Assembly: GCA_043765195.1 (NCBI GenBank)
Contig: JAYUJN010000040.1
Span: 22,734-86,733 of the forward strand
Direction: 5' to 3'
Length of the DNA: 64,000 nt
DNA from: Bacteroidota bacterium
Lineage (GTDB): Bacteria > Bacteroidota > Bacteroidia > UBA7662 > JAYUJN01
This document shows, one piece after another, positions 7,880-18,478 of the stretch. A program made the position numbers and the translations under genes. Below the pieces are notes generated by a model. The model did no database searches, was not told the origin of the DNA, and saw only the letters and a list, made by a program, of their open reading frames with translations. The stretch's first letter is position 1. Each line of letters begins with the position of its first letter.

Positions 7880-10800
7880 TCAATTCAGAGCCGATAAATC
7901 CACGGCTACCACCTTAGAAACGCCCTGCTCTATCATCGTAATGCCGTACATCACGTCCGTAGTGGTCATGGTTCGTTTGTTGTGGGTAACGATGATAAAC
8001 TGCGAATCTTTGGAAAAATCCTTGATAATGTTGTTGAACTTATCGATGTTGTTGTCGTCTAAGGGCGCATCTACCTCATCAAATATACAAAAAGGCGCTG
8101 GTTTATACAAATAAATGGCAAAAAGCAAAGCCGTAGCCGTCAGGGTTTTTTCACCGCCCGAAAGCTGGTTTATGGTCAGCGGTCGTTTGCCTTTGGGGCG
8201 GGCAATGATGTTTATGTCGCTTTCCAAAATTTCGTTCGGGTTGGTAAGCACCAAATCGCAGGCATCATCTTGGGTAAAAAGGCTGCGAAAAACCCGTTGA
8301 AAGTTGTCTTTTACCTGCACAAAAGTTTGGGTAAAGCGCAAAGTTGCCTCCACGTCTATTTCCGCAATGGTATCCAGCAAAATTTGGCGGGCATTCAAAA
8401 GGTCGTTGCGCTGCTCGTCTATAAACGTATAGCGCTCCGTAGCCTCGTGGTAGGCTTCTATCGCCAGCGGATTGATAGCCCCAAAACCCTCAATTTTGGT
8501 TTTTAGTTGCGCCAAACTTTTGCGCACGTCCGCCTCGTTTTGGGTAGAAACTGGCAAATAAGTGCTAAAACTGCGGGCATCTACCTCAAACTCCACCGCC
8601 AACCGCTCGAGCATACTGGCTTTTTGCAGTTTCAGCTCTGCGCTTCGGTCCTTCATTTGAGTTACCACCTCATCGAGGTTGTCTCGCTTGGTGCGGAGCT
8701 GGCGCACATCGGTTTCCGCCTGCTCTATCTCGCCACGCTGGGCATAATACACCTGCTCTATCTCGCCCAAAGCCGCCTCCATCGCCTGCTTTTGTTCGTA
8801 CATTTCCAGCAAATTATCGTCCGTCAAATCCGTTTTAGACAGTTGCACCTGCGTATCTTCGTCTATTTTCGCGAGCGTTTGCACGTGCGTTTCTATCCTT
8901 TGCGCCGCTTGTTTTTGCTGGCTTTCGTTAAAAAAAAGCTCCCGCTCTATGCCGTTCAATTTGTTGCTCACCTGCAAATACTTAATATTCGCAACATTAA
9001 AAGCCTCCGAACTGGTTCTAAAATCATTTTCTGCCCGCTCAAAGGCAGCCAATCCTTCGCTTTGCACCAGCAAAAACGACGTTTTATGCGCCTGCTTTTC
9101 GGTCAGTTCTGCCTGTTCCCTATCCAAAACTTTGGTTAGTTCCGCTTGCTTTTGGTTCAGCTCATTTTTTCTACCAAAGAGCGAGTTCATAAATCCCTCA
9201 AACTGCTCTTGCTTCGTTTTTACCTTCGTAAATTCGGTGTTTAGCTGGTTTATTTTTTGCTGACAACGCTCTATAATTTGTTTTTTATGGCTGTTTTTTA
9301 GCTGAATGAGGTCGTTTTGTAGGCTCAACTGCTCTGCTTTAAGCCCAGCATTTTGTAGCTCCAAAGCATCTATGTCGAGTGTTAGTTGGTCTAAGTTTCG
9401 TTTTTGCCCCAGCCTTTTACCTTCAAATGCACCCACCGAGCCGCCGCCAATTTTTTGGCTGTTGCCCGCAATCCGACCGTTTAAAGCTACAAAAACACGG
9501 TTTTCATTGCCAGTTTTGTGCATGTGCTGCTCAAAATCTGCCTCATTTTCCACCAAAAAAACGTCTTTGAGCAAAAAATCAAACAGCGGCTTGTATTGCT
9601 TTTCGCAAGACACAAAATGGCTAATTTCTTGCTCTTTCAAAACCCTGTTTTCAACCGCTGCGTAGCTTTCGGCTATAAAAAAGTTGGCTTTGCCTTTTTT
9701 CTCATCGTTCAGCAATGCAATGGCTTGAATGGCTTCGCCTGCGTTATTTACCACAAAATAATTCAAAAAAGGCTCTAAAACCGCACTCAAAGCCACTTTG
9801 TAAGCATCTTCACAGCTTATTACATCGGCGAGTATTTGCGGATTTTGCGCCCAAGTGTTCTTTCGCTTCAAAAATTTGAGCGCATCTGGGTAGCCCTCCA
9901 TGTTCTCTACCAAACTTTTTATGAGGCGCAACTCGTTGCGCTTTGCGTCCATATTTCGGTTTATTTCGGCTAACTTTTGTCGGTTTTCGTCCAGCTTTTG
10001 GTTTTTTTCGTCGGTGGCGGCGTGTAGCTGCGTTTCTTGCTCGAGATAAGTTTCCAGCAAGTCGGTTTGCGCCTCTATTTCTATTTCTAAATCGGTGAGC
10101 AGCAGCCCGAACTGGCTTAGTTCTTGGGTTCGGCTGTTCTGCTCCGTATCCGACCTTTGCAGCTCTTGGTTCACGGCATCGAGCTGAATGGTGTTTACGG
10201 CAATGCTTTTTTCGAGCGCAAAAACCACCCGCTGCACCTCCGCCAACTGTTGCTGGGCGTGGTCTTGGCTTTGTTTGAGTTCTAAATAGTTGTTTTGCGC
10301 CAGCTCACGCTTGTTTTTTTGAAACTCCATCGCCGACTGGTCGGCACTTACCGTAAAATTTTCTACATCAAAGGCATCTTGCAGTTGCTCCTGCTTTTGT
10401 TTAAACGAACTGTAATCGTCGTTGTCTCTTTCAAGTTGTTGGTTTACAAGCGTTTTGCGTTCGTATAGCAAGCGCAGCGTTTCACTTTTTAGCCGCTGGT
10501 CGCTCTCTATCCTACGAATTTCGTTCAAAAACTCATTGGTTGCTTTTTGGCGAGAACTCAGCAGTTTTTCATGGTTTAGCAACGCCAGTTTTTGGCTTTC
10601 GCTCTTGGCTTCCGTTTGCTTTATTTGGGCAGAAATAGCCATTTTTTGGTCAGCTTGCCCCTGCTCGTCCGCTATTAATTTGTCCAGCACATCTCTAAAA
10701 CCCTGCATTGTGTAGTAAGCCGCATCTAAACTAAGGGTTTTGTATTCGGACTTCAACTGGTAAAATTGCTCGGTTCTTTTGGCTTGCTTTTTTAGGGTTT

Positions 10801-11407
10801 CTACGTTTTTTGTAATCTCAAAAAGCAAATCTTCTATGCGCTCCAAGTCCGACTCTGTATCTTTTAGCTTGCTTAATGTCTCTTTTTTGCGGGTTTTGTA
10901 CCTCGAAATGCCCGATGCCTCCTCAAACAACGCACGGCGAGAACCGTCTTTGTCGTTCAAAATATCGTCAATCATTTTCAGCTCAATAATGGCATAGCTA
11001 TCGCTGCCTATGCCCGTATCCAAAAACAGGTTTGTGATGTCTTTCAGCCTACAATTTACGCCATTGAGTTGGTAGCCGCTCTCGCCCGTGCGGTAGAGGC
11101 GGCGGGTTATTTTCACCTCCGTAAATTCGGTGGGCAATATGTTTTTTGTGTTCTCAAAAGTGAGCGATACCTCCGCCAAATTGGCTGGTTTGCGCTTGCT
11201 TGTGCCGTTAAAAATGATGTTTTCCATCTTATCCGAGCGCAAAGCCCGAGTTTTTTGCTCGCCCAGCACCCAGCGCATGGCATCTACCACATTGCTTTTT
11301 CCGCAGCCATTCGGACCCACAATGCCCGTTACGCCCTTATCAAAATGAATTACTGCTTTGTCGCCAAAGCTCTTAAAACCTTTTATTTCTATGTTTCTAA
11401 GCTGCAC
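7880..11407 (-). CDS. smc: chromosome segregation protein SMC
   Basis: N-terminal Walker A (GPNGCGKSNVVDAMRWVLGEQ), long coiled-coil arms and a central hinge. C-terminal signature and Walker B (LSGGEKTLTATALLFAIY...FCIFDEVDAPLD). Confidence 0.95.
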   Translation of the reverse strand: MQLRNIEIKGFKSFGDKAVIHFDKGVTGIVGPNGCGKSNVVDAMRWVLGEQKTRALRSDKMENIIFNGTSKRKPANLAEVSLTFENTKNILPTEFTEVKITRRLYRTGESGYQLNGVNCRLKDITNLFLDTGIGSDSYAIIELKMIDDILNDKDGSRRALFEEASGISRYKTRKKETLSKLKDTESDLERIEDLLFEITKNVETLKKQAKRTEQFYQLKSEYKTLSLDAAYYTMQGFRDVLDKLIADEQGQADQKMAISAQIKQTEAKSESQKLALLNHEKLLSSRQKATNEFLNEIRRIESDQRLKSETLRLLYERKTLVNQQLERDNDDYSSFKQKQEQLQDAFDVENFTVSADQSAMEFQKNKRELAQNNYLELKQSQDHAQQQLAEVQRVVFALEKSIAVNTIQLDAVNQELQRSDTEQNSRTQELSQFGLLLTDLEIEIEAQTDLLETYLEQETQLHAATDEKNQKLDENRQKLAEINRNMDAKRNELRLIKSLVENMEGYPDALKFLKRKNTWAQNPQILADVISCEDAYKVALSAVLEPFLNYFVVNNAGEAIQAIALLNDEKKGKANFFIAESYAAVENRVLKEQEISHFVSCEKQYKPLFDFLLKDVFLVENEADFEQHMHKTGNENRVFVALNGRIAGNSQKIGGGSVGAFEGKRLGQKRNLDQLTLDIDALELQNAGLKAEQLSLQNDLIQLKNSHKKQIIERCQQKINQLNTEFTKVKTKQEQFEGFMNSLFGRKNELNQKQAELTKVLDREQAELTEKQAHKTSFLLVQSEGLAAFERAENDFRTSSEAFNVANIKYLQVSNKLNGIERELFFNESQQKQAAQRIETHVQTLAKIDEDTQVQLSKTDLTDDNLLEMYEQKQAMEAALGEIEQVYYAQRGEIEQAETDVRQLRTKRDNLDEVVTQMKDRSAELKLQKASMLERLAVEFEVDARSFSTYLPVSTQNEADVRKSLAQLKTKIEGFGAINPLAIEAYHEATERYTFIDEQRNDLLNARQILLDTIAEIDVEATLRFTQTFVQVKDNFQRVFRSLFTQDDACDLVLTNPNEILESDINIIARPKGKRPLTINQLSGGEKTLTATALLFAIYLYKPAPFCIFDEVDAPLDDNNIDKFNNIIKDFSKDSQFIIVTHNKRTMTTTDVMYGITMIEQGVSKVVAVDLSALN

Positions 11408-11646
11408 TATAAATTGGTTGTTTTGTACTAAATAAAATCAAATAAAGGGCAAAAATAACCATTTTAGTAAAATACTTATACCCATTTTGTTTTTATTTTT
11501 AATTTATAAATAGAAATTTGTAACTTTGTAACGTTACACACGTTTTTTAAAAAAACAGTCCTTCAGCCCAAACATTTTCGCCATTTGGTTCGTTTTGGTT
11601 TTCAGAAACTTGGTTTTCGCAAAAAGCAATTTATCAAACACAAAGC

Positions 11647-13563
11647 ATGAAACAAATAAAAGCGGGAGAAATGCTCTCTACCATAAACGACCCCAAAGAC
11701 CTACGCAAGTTAGCACCCGAGCAGCTCACGCAAGTGTGTACCGAACTCAGGCAGTTTATCATCGATACCGTTTCCATCAATGGCGGGCATTTTGGGGCAA
11801 GTTTGGGCGTGGTAGAGCTTACTGTGGCACTGCACTACGCTTTTGATACGCCATACGACCAGCTCGTGTGGGACGTGGGGCATCAGGCTTACGGGCATAA
11901 AATCCTCACCGAGCGGCGCAATATTTTTCATACCAATCGGTTTTACGGCGGACTTAGCGGCTTTCCCAAGCGCAGCGAAAGTGCCTACGATACCTTTGGT
12001 GTGGGGCATAGCTCTACCTCCATTTCGGCGGCGTTGGGCATGGCAGTAGCCAGCAGGCTAAAAGGCGAAAACGACCGCCAGCACATCGCAATCATCGGCG
12101 ACGGCGCTATGACAGCGGGCATGGCTTTTGAAGCAATGAACCACGCAGGCATCGAAAACTCCAATATTTTGGTGATTTTAAACGACAATTGCATGAGCAT
12201 AGACCCCAACGTGGGCGCACTCAAAGCATACCTCACCGACATTACCACTTCGCCCACCTACAACAAACTCAAAGACGAAATTTGGACTACACTGGGCGGC
12301 TTGGGTAAATTGGGTAAAAAAGCCCAAAAATTAGCCTCCAAACTCGAGCAGGGCGTAAAATCTGCGGTGCTTCAAAAAGGAAATTTGTTCGAATCGCTGA
12401 AATTTAGGTATTTCGGACCCATAGACGGACACGATGTAAACCACCTCGTGGAAGTGCTAAACGACCTAAAAAATATACCTGGTCCCAAACTTTTGCATTG
12501 CGTAACGGTAAAAGGCAAGGGATTTTCGCTCGCAGAACAAGACCAAACCCTGTGGCACGCACCAGGGTTGTTTGACAAAGTAACGGGCGAAATTTACAAA
12601 AAAACACACGATACACCCCAAGCACCCAAATACCAAGATGTGTTCGGGCATACCATTGTAGAGCTTGCCGAAAAAGACCCACGCATTGTGGGCATCACGC
12701 CTGCCATGCCCTCGGGCTGCTCGCTGAACATTATGATGAAAGCCATGCCGCACCGAGCATTTGATGTGGGCATAGCCGAGCAACACGCCGCTACCTTTGC
12801 CGCAGGGCTGGCTACGCAGGGCATGGTGCCGTTTTGCAACATTTATTCGTCGTTTATGCAGCGTGCCTACGACCAAGTAGTACACGACATTGCCCTACAA
12901 AACCTACCCGTAATACTGTGCTTGGATAGAGGCGGGCTGGCTGGTGCCGACGGACCTACGCACCACGGAAACTTCGACTTTGCGTACTTCCGCTGCATAC
13001 CAAATATGGTGGTGAGCGCACCCATGAACGAACAAGAACTGCGCAACCTCATGTACACCGCCACGCTGCACGGGGCACCGTTTAGCATCAGATACCCACG
13101 GGGCGAGGGCGTGATGCCGCAATGGCGCACACCGCTCGAGCTTATAAAAGTAGGCACGGGGCGCAAAATTAAAGATGGCAACGACATAGCCATTTTGACC
13201 ATAGGCACGGCGGGCAACTTAGCCACAAAAGCCATAGCAGAGCTACAAAAATCGGGCTACGACCCAGCACACTACGATATGCGTTTTGTAAAACCACTGG
13301 ACGAAGCCATGCTCCACGAGGTTTTTTCCAATTACCAAAAAGTAATAACCATAGAAGATGCAAGCATCGTAGGCGGTTTTGGTAGCGCCATTGTGGAGTT
13401 TGCAGCCGCAAACCAATACCACGCCAGCATAAAACTACTGGGTATCCCCGACCTATTTATAGAACACGGCACGCCCGATGAGCTTTATAAAGAATGTGGA
13501 TTTGACCCAAACAGCATCGCAGAAGCCGTAAAATCAATGGTAAACGAACCAGTGCTGGCTTAG
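11647..13563 (+). CDS. dxs: 1-deoxy-D-xylulose-5-phosphate synthase
   Basis: TPP-binding motif GDGAMTAGMAFEAMNHAG and a GHxxxxxS/VGH transketolase-like N-terminus (LVWDVGHQAYGHKILT). Length of 638 aa is typical. Confidence 0.95.
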   Translation: MKQIKAGEMLSTINDPKDLRKLAPEQLTQVCTELRQFIIDTVSINGGHFGASLGVVELTVALHYAFDTPYDQLVWDVGHQAYGHKILTERRNIFHTNRFYGGLSGFPKRSESAYDTFGVGHSSTSISAALGMAVASRLKGENDRQHIAIIGDGAMTAGMAFEAMNHAGIENSNILVILNDNCMSIDPNVGALKAYLTDITTSPTYNKLKDEIWTTLGGLGKLGKKAQKLASKLEQGVKSAVLQKGNLFESLKFRYFGPIDGHDVNHLVEVLNDLKNIPGPKLLHCVTVKGKGFSLAEQDQTLWHAPGLFDKVTGEIYKKTHDTPQAPKYQDVFGHTIVELAEKDPRIVGITPAMPSGCSLNIMMKAMPHRAFDVGIAEQHAATFAAGLATQGMVPFCNIYSSFMQRAYDQVVHDIALQNLPVILCLDRGGLAGADGPTHHGNFDFAYFRCIPNMVVSAPMNEQELRNLMYTATLHGAPFSIRYPRGEGVMPQWRTPLELIKVGTGRKIKDGNDIAILTIGTAGNLATKAIAELQKSGYDPAHYDMRFVKPLDEAMLHEVFSNYQKVITIEDASIVGGFGSAIVEFAAANQYHASIKLLGIPDLFIEHGTPDELYKECGFDPNSIAEAVKSMVNEPVLA

Positions 13564-13569
13564 TTTTTA

Positions 13570-14043
13570 ATGAAAATTACACTGGTACAGGTAGGCAAAA
13601 CCACCGAAAAATACATAGAAACTGGCATAGCCGAATACGCAAAACGCCTTCAAAAATACGTTATACTCGACACAAAAACCGTTGCATACCTAAAAAATGC
13701 AGCGGTTTTGAGTACAGATGAGCTAAAAAAGCAAGAGGGAGCGCAAATACTCAAATTGTTCAGCCCAAAAGATTTTGTAATTCTGCTGGACGAAAGCGGC
13801 GGCAGCTACAACTCCGTAGCCTTTGCGGCGCAAGTAGAAAAGTACATGGTGCTGGGCAACGCAAATATTTTTTTTGTAATCGGGGGTGCGTATGGTTTTT
13901 CGCCCGCCATGCTCGAGCGGGCGAGCGCACGGGTGTCGCTGTCGCCGCTCACTTTTTCGCACCAGCTTGTGCGCTTGGTGTTTATGGAGCAGCTATATCG
14001 GGCGTTTAGCATCTTAAACCACCAGCCCTACCACCATCAATAA
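13570..14043 (+). CDS. rlmH: 23S rRNA (pseudouridine1915-N3)-methyltransferase RlmH
   Basis: 157-aa SPOUT-fold protein. MKITLVQVGK N-terminus and a C-terminal LSPLTFSHQLVRLVFMEQLYRAF knot region characteristic of RlmH/YbeA. Confidence 0.85.
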   Translation: MKITLVQVGKTTEKYIETGIAEYAKRLQKYVILDTKTVAYLKNAAVLSTDELKKQEGAQILKLFSPKDFVILLDESGGSYNSVAFAAQVEKYMVLGNANIFFVIGGAYGFSPAMLERASARVSLSPLTFSHQLVRLVFMEQLYRAFSILNHQPYHHQ

Positions 14044-14570
14044 ACCTTTTTTCCTTTTTGTAGCCAGATGCCCCAAGTGCGGTTGTAAGCGTGTACATTT
14101 TCGGTTTCGCCTGCATTGTTATACACCTTGCCGCCCGCATTTTTCCACTCAAATATGCCGCCAACCAAGTTTTTCACATTGGTATAACCCGCTTTTTGGA
14201 GCTGCTCGCTTACTTTTTCGCTGCGGTAGCCCACCGAACAATACACAATAATGGGTTGGTCTTTGGGCGTATTTTGGGGCAGCCTACCCAAATCAAAATC
14301 ATTGAAACCCACAAACACACTGTTTTTCAGGTGGCTAACCTTGTACTCGGCACTGGTGCGGGCATCGAGCAGCAGCGCATTTGGGCTTGCTTGCGCATCC
14401 TTCACCGAGGTTTCGGCGACCGTATGCCCGAGCAGGGTTTTGAGCATGGCTGAGTATGCGCCATTTTGCACTTGCCCTTTGCCGCAACTCGGAAAAAGAC
14501 AAGTAAGTAAACTAAATAGCATAAAACTACGTTTGAGTTGTGATTTCATAAGCAACATAAATAAGTACAA
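14037..14570 (-). CDS. rhodanese-like domain protein (probable lipoprotein)
   Basis: Active-site loop IVYCSVGYRS with a catalytic Cys in a rhodanese fold. The N-terminus has a lipoprotein-like signal (LLTCLFPSCG). The true start is possibly at 14549. Confidence 0.7.
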   Translation of the reverse strand: MYLFMLLMKSQLKRSFMLFSLLTCLFPSCGKGQVQNGAYSAMLKTLLGHTVAETSVKDAQASPNALLLDARTSAEYKVSHLKNSVFVGFNDFDLGRLPQNTPKDQPIIVYCSVGYRSEKVSEQLQKAGYTNVKNLVGGIFEWKNAGGKVYNNAGETENVHAYNRTWGIWLQKGKKVY

Positions 14571-15149
14571 ATGTACAAAATAAATCCGTTTTTAGCAATT
14601 ATTCTCTTTTGTTTTGGGTGCAACAATGATGCCAGTACGCCCAAGCCTACCGCCTACCCAAGGCTCGACTTGCCAGTACAAAAGTACCAAAAAATGGCGG
14701 CGGATTGTCCATACACCTTCGATGTTTCTACCATAGCCAACATAACCCATGCGCCCCAAGCCAATGCGCCAGCTTATTGGTACAACATAAACTATGCCAA
14801 CCAGCAAGCCGTTATTTACCTGACTTACAAGCCTTTAAGCTCCAAATTAGAGCTTATTAGGGCTACCGAAGATGCGCACAAACTCACTTTTAAACACACC
14901 GTAAAAGCCAGTGCGATAGAAGAAAGTTTTATCAATAAAAAAGAAAACCGTGTATATGGCATTTTGTATGATGTAGCGGGCAATGCGGCTTCGCCCATTC
15001 AGTTTTTTGTAACGGATAGCAACCGCCATTTTTTGAGTGCTGCGCTTTATTTTAATGCCTCGCCCAATGCCGACAGCATAGCGCCCGTGGTGCAGTATTT
15101 TAAGCAAGACATTATGCAGCTCATCGACAGTTTTGAGTGGCGAAATTAG
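14571..15149 (+). CDS. small lipoprotein, possibly gliding-motility GldD-like
   Basis: 192 aa with a lipobox (FGCNNDA). The PKPTAYPRLDLP segment after the signal resembles what I remember of GldD family N-termini. This rests on recollection only and the gene context does not support it. Confidence 0.3.
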   Translation: MYKINPFLAIILFCFGCNNDASTPKPTAYPRLDLPVQKYQKMAADCPYTFDVSTIANITHAPQANAPAYWYNINYANQQAVIYLTYKPLSSKLELIRATEDAHKLTFKHTVKASAIEESFINKKENRVYGILYDVAGNAASPIQFFVTDSNRHFLSAALYFNASPNADSIAPVVQYFKQDIMQLIDSFEWRN

Positions 15150-16483
15150 GTTTTTTGCTTTTTCTTTTTGGCGGCTGGAAACAGCACATTGTTTAGTATA
15201 AGCCTGTATCCTGGCGAGTCGGGGTGCAGCGCAAGGTCGGTGGGCGGCTCGCCTATTTGGTGCTGGTAGTCTTCGGGGTCGTGTCCGCTATAAAAAGTCC
15301 ACGTGCCTTTTCCGAACTCACCGTGTACGTAGCGGGCTTCGTTTAGCACTTTGTTTTCGCCCATTACGAGTACTTCGGAGCGCAAATAGTTTTTGTTGAA
15401 AGCGGTTGTTTGCCCATAAAAACCCTTTACGATTTGCTCGTGGTTTTGGCAAAGCATGGTGGGCACGGGGTCCCATTTTGCCGAAAACTCAAACAAAGAA
15501 AAAAAATCGTTGGGTTCGGTAACACGCCTTGTGTTGGATACATCGATGGTGGAATGCTCGTATTCGTAGGGATTTTGGCTTAGGGTGAAGTCTTTGAAGG
15601 CAAAGGTTTTGCTAAAATCCAACATTTTGTTGTAATTGGGCGTAACGCCATCGCCATCGAACATATTTTCGCAAATATCCAAGCCCTCGGAGGCAAGCGC
15701 AATGTCGTAGGTATCGGCAGCACTGCACATGGCGAACAAAAAGCCGCCGCCAGCCGTAAAATCCCTAATTTGTTTGGAAACCGAAAGTTTGAGCTGCGAA
15801 ACCTTAGAAAAACCCCATTTTTTTGCCATCATTTCGTTTTCGGCTACCTCGGCTTTGTACCAAGCTGCGGTGCGGTAGCCAGCATAAAACCTGCCGTATT
15901 GCCCCGTAAAATCCTCGTGGTGCAGGTGCAGCCAATCGTATAAAGGCAGTTTGCCCTGCATTACTTCGTCGTCAAACACGATTTCGTAGGGAATTTCGGC
16001 GTAAGTAAGTGCCAAGGTTACGGCATCGTCCCATGGTTGTTTGGTTTTGGGTGAATAAACGGCGATTTTGGGCATTTTTTCCAGTTTTACCAAGTCCATA
16101 TTTACGTCGGGCTGTGCCATGGCTCGCAAAATTCCGTTGTACGCCGCATCGGTAACCACGGCGTAGCTCACGCCACGTATGCGGCACTCGGCTTCCACAT
16201 TTACATTTTGAACGATGCCAAAACTGCCGCCCTCATAGTTCAGCAGCCAATCCACCTCCACGCCACGCTGCAAGCACCAATAGGCAATGCCGTAGGCTTT
16301 CAGGTGGTTGCTTTGGTTGGCGTTCATTTCTAAAACGAGGTGCGAGCCAAATAGCTGTGCGCTGCTATAAAAAAAAAGTATGGATAATATAAGTAGGTAT
16401 TTTTTCAATATTTGGTGGTTTAAAACACAAATATAACGCATTGGTGGGCTAAAATGGTGCATTCGTATTTTTTTTACAAACAT
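15146..16483 (-). CDS. hypothetical secreted protein
   Basis: A long ORF with a signal peptide (LLILSILFFYSSAQLFG) if translation starts near 16441. No catalytic motifs recognised. Homologues in Bacteroidota are sometimes mis-annotated as asparagine synthetase B-like. Confidence 0.4.
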   Translation of the reverse strand: MFVKKIRMHHFSPPMRYICVLNHQILKKYLLILSILFFYSSAQLFGSHLVLEMNANQSNHLKAYGIAYWCLQRGVEVDWLLNYEGGSFGIVQNVNVEAECRIRGVSYAVVTDAAYNGILRAMAQPDVNMDLVKLEKMPKIAVYSPKTKQPWDDAVTLALTYAEIPYEIVFDDEVMQGKLPLYDWLHLHHEDFTGQYGRFYAGYRTAAWYKAEVAENEMMAKKWGFSKVSQLKLSVSKQIRDFTAGGGFLFAMCSAADTYDIALASEGLDICENMFDGDGVTPNYNKMLDFSKTFAFKDFTLSQNPYEYEHSTIDVSNTRRVTEPNDFFSLFEFSAKWDPVPTMLCQNHEQIVKGFYGQTTAFNKNYLRSEVLVMGENKVLNEARYVHGEFGKGTWTFYSGHDPEDYQHQIGEPPTDLALHPDSPGYRLILNNVLFPAAKKKKQKT

Positions 16484-16605
16484 TTAACAGCTACTTTTTA
16501 TCTTTGTGGCTCGTTAAAATAGGTGTAATTGTAGTGCGCAAGCATTTTGGCTTAATTTTTGCTAAAATGATTACATTGTTAAATCCATAAATTATTATTT
16601 CCATT

Positions 16606-17577
16606 ATGTTTCATTTTTTTAAAAAGACGCTTGTACTTGCCTTCGCTTTGGTTGCATTGCAAGGTGTGAATGCGCAAGCGCAAACTTTTCCAGGTTCGCC
16701 CCTCAGAACCATCGCCAACATTACCAGCGAAGATGCCAACGGCGTAGCCGACTCACTCAATGTTCAATGCCAGATTTTGGGCGTGGTAACCAGCATTGAT
16801 TTTATAAACAGTACTTCACTTGGTTTTGCCATTTCGGATACGAGCAGCAAGGCTGGCGTTTTGATATTTACGGCTCTATCTGAACCTAATTTTGGTTATA
16901 CGCCGATTATCGGCGACTTTTTGAACATAAAAGGCAAGGTGATACAAGACAAAGGTCTGATATTTTTTCAGGCATCGGGCTTGACTAAATTGGGTACGAC
17001 CATGCCGCCGAGCCCGATTGTGGTTTCTCGCCCGAGTGCCAGCACCGAAAGCGATTTGGTGGCTATAAACAACCTACAATTGCTCAACCCTGCGCAATGG
17101 CCCAGCAGTTTGGGCGGACCAGATGCCACGGTTTTTGCTACAAATGGCGTGGATAGCGTAGAAATACTGATAGATGCCGACACGGATATACACGGCACTT
17201 TGCCCCCAACGGGCATTTTTCATCTCATTGGCATTGGCGGTCAGCGTGATTTTAATTTCCCTTACTTGGGCAATTACCGCATTTTGCCACGTTTTACGGG
17301 CGATATAAAGACTGGTTTTGGCGTTGGTAGCAATGAAGTTGTAGCCATGAATGATTTTAAGCTGTATCCAAATCCGTTTAAAAACAATTTATTTATAAAA
17401 ACCCAAACCAGCGAGCCATACCAAATATCTATTTCGAATATTTTGGGGCAAGAAATGCTAAAAAGCACGCTACAAAACAATGCAAATATAAGTACTTCGG
17501 AGTTTGCGCAGGGCGTTTATGTGGTTCAAATAACCCGTAACGGCAAAACCCAGACTTCGAAACTAATATGCGAATAA
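16606..17577 (+). CDS. T9SS C-terminal sorting domain-containing secreted protein
   Basis: N-terminal signal peptide. The C-terminal ~80 aa (LYPNPFKNNLFIKT...GVYVVQITRNGKTQTSKLI) match the type-A Por secretion CTD consensus. Confidence 0.7.
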   Translation: MFHFFKKTLVLAFALVALQGVNAQAQTFPGSPLRTIANITSEDANGVADSLNVQCQILGVVTSIDFINSTSLGFAISDTSSKAGVLIFTALSEPNFGYTPIIGDFLNIKGKVIQDKGLIFFQASGLTKLGTTMPPSPIVVSRPSASTESDLVAINNLQLLNPAQWPSSLGGPDATVFATNGVDSVEILIDADTDIHGTLPPTGIFHLIGIGGQRDFNFPYLGNYRILPRFTGDIKTGFGVGSNEVVAMNDFKLYPNPFKNNLFIKTQTSEPYQISISNILGQEMLKSTLQNNANISTSEFAQGVYVVQITRNGKTQTSKLICE

Positions 17578-17595
17578 TTACACCTATCATGAACG

Positions 17596-17633
17596 CCCCC
17601 AAAACGCCTTCGGCGTTTTGGGGGTTTTTTTTT
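17596..17633 (+). terminator. rho-independent terminator
   Basis: Hairpin cccccaaaacgcc-ttcg-ggcgttttggggg followed by a T9 run. Confidence 0.7.
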
Positions 17634-17651
17634 CTTAATTTTTTCTCAATC

Positions 17652-18242
17652 ATGTTGGCATTTTCACTCTACAACCAAGGCACAGAGGCGGGCATAGACG
17701 AGGCAGGCAGGGGTTGCTTGGCTGGTCCGGTGGTGGCGGCTTGCGTCATTTTACCACAAAATTTTGACATTGGTATATTAAATGACTCCAAAAAACTTAC
17801 CGAAAAACAGCGCACCAACGCCGAAAAAGCCATAAAAGCCATAAAAGCCCAAAGTATATGGGCGATTGGCTGCATAGACAACCATCGAATAGACGAAATA
17901 AACATTTTGAACGCCACCTTTGAAGCTATGCACTTAGCCATTTTGGGGCTGAACGCCCAGCCTGACTTATTTGTAATAGACGGCAACCGCTTTAAAACCA
18001 AACTAAACATAACGTACAGTTGCCAAATAAAAGGCGATGCCCGATTTGCGCACGTGGCGGCGGCGAGCATACTCGCCAAAACCCACCGAGACGCACTGAT
18101 GCAGGAAGCCGACAAGGCTCACAGCCTCTACAATTGGGCAAAAAACAAAGGCTACGGCACTTTGGAACACCGAAAAACCATAGCGGCACACGGGTTTTCG
18201 CCGCTGCACCGCCAAACTTTTGCATGGAACAAAGGGCTGTAA
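17652..18242 (+). CDS. rnhB: ribonuclease HII
   Basis: GIDEAGRGCLAGPVVAA catalytic DEAGRG motif. The start was reassigned to an internal Met after the terminator; the ORF-track start at 17568 overlaps the upstream terminator. Confidence 0.9.
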   Translation: MLAFSLYNQGTEAGIDEAGRGCLAGPVVAACVILPQNFDIGILNDSKKLTEKQRTNAEKAIKAIKAQSIWAIGCIDNHRIDEINILNATFEAMHLAILGLNAQPDLFVIDGNRFKTKLNITYSCQIKGDARFAHVAAASILAKTHRDALMQEADKAHSLYNWAKNKGYGTLEHRKTIAAHGFSPLHRQTFAWNKGL

Positions 18243-18478
18243 AAGCCCTACAAATAAAACTTAATGATAATTACGGCAAGCGCAAAAAGAAACATGATGA
18301 TGGAAATACGGTTGATGCCGTGCATCATTCTTAAATTCACATTTTGCGACTTGTGTTTGCCCCGAAAAACGTCTATAAAATATTTGAACATCTTTATTTT
18401 TACTTGAAACTGTTGGCAAAAATAACAAAAATAAATTGAAAATGTTTGTGTATTTTTGTTTCTAAAATAAATTTAGCC

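Noticed and set aside
8115-9778. Series of 60-210-aa plus-strand ORFs inside the smc gene
   Set aside because: They are antisense to a well-supported 1175-aa SMC CDS. Their low-complexity Leu/Phe/Ser-rich translations are typical shadow ORFs created by the coiled-coil codon bias.
12372-13411. Minus-strand ORFs within dxs (68-139 aa)
   Set aside because: Antisense to the conserved Dxs CDS. No ribosome-binding context or domain similarity.
15146-16483. Annotation of this protein as asparagine synthetase B
   Set aside because: There is no N-terminal Cys-2 glutaminase nucleophile and no SGGxDS PP-loop. The presence of a signal peptide argues for a secreted protein of unknown function.
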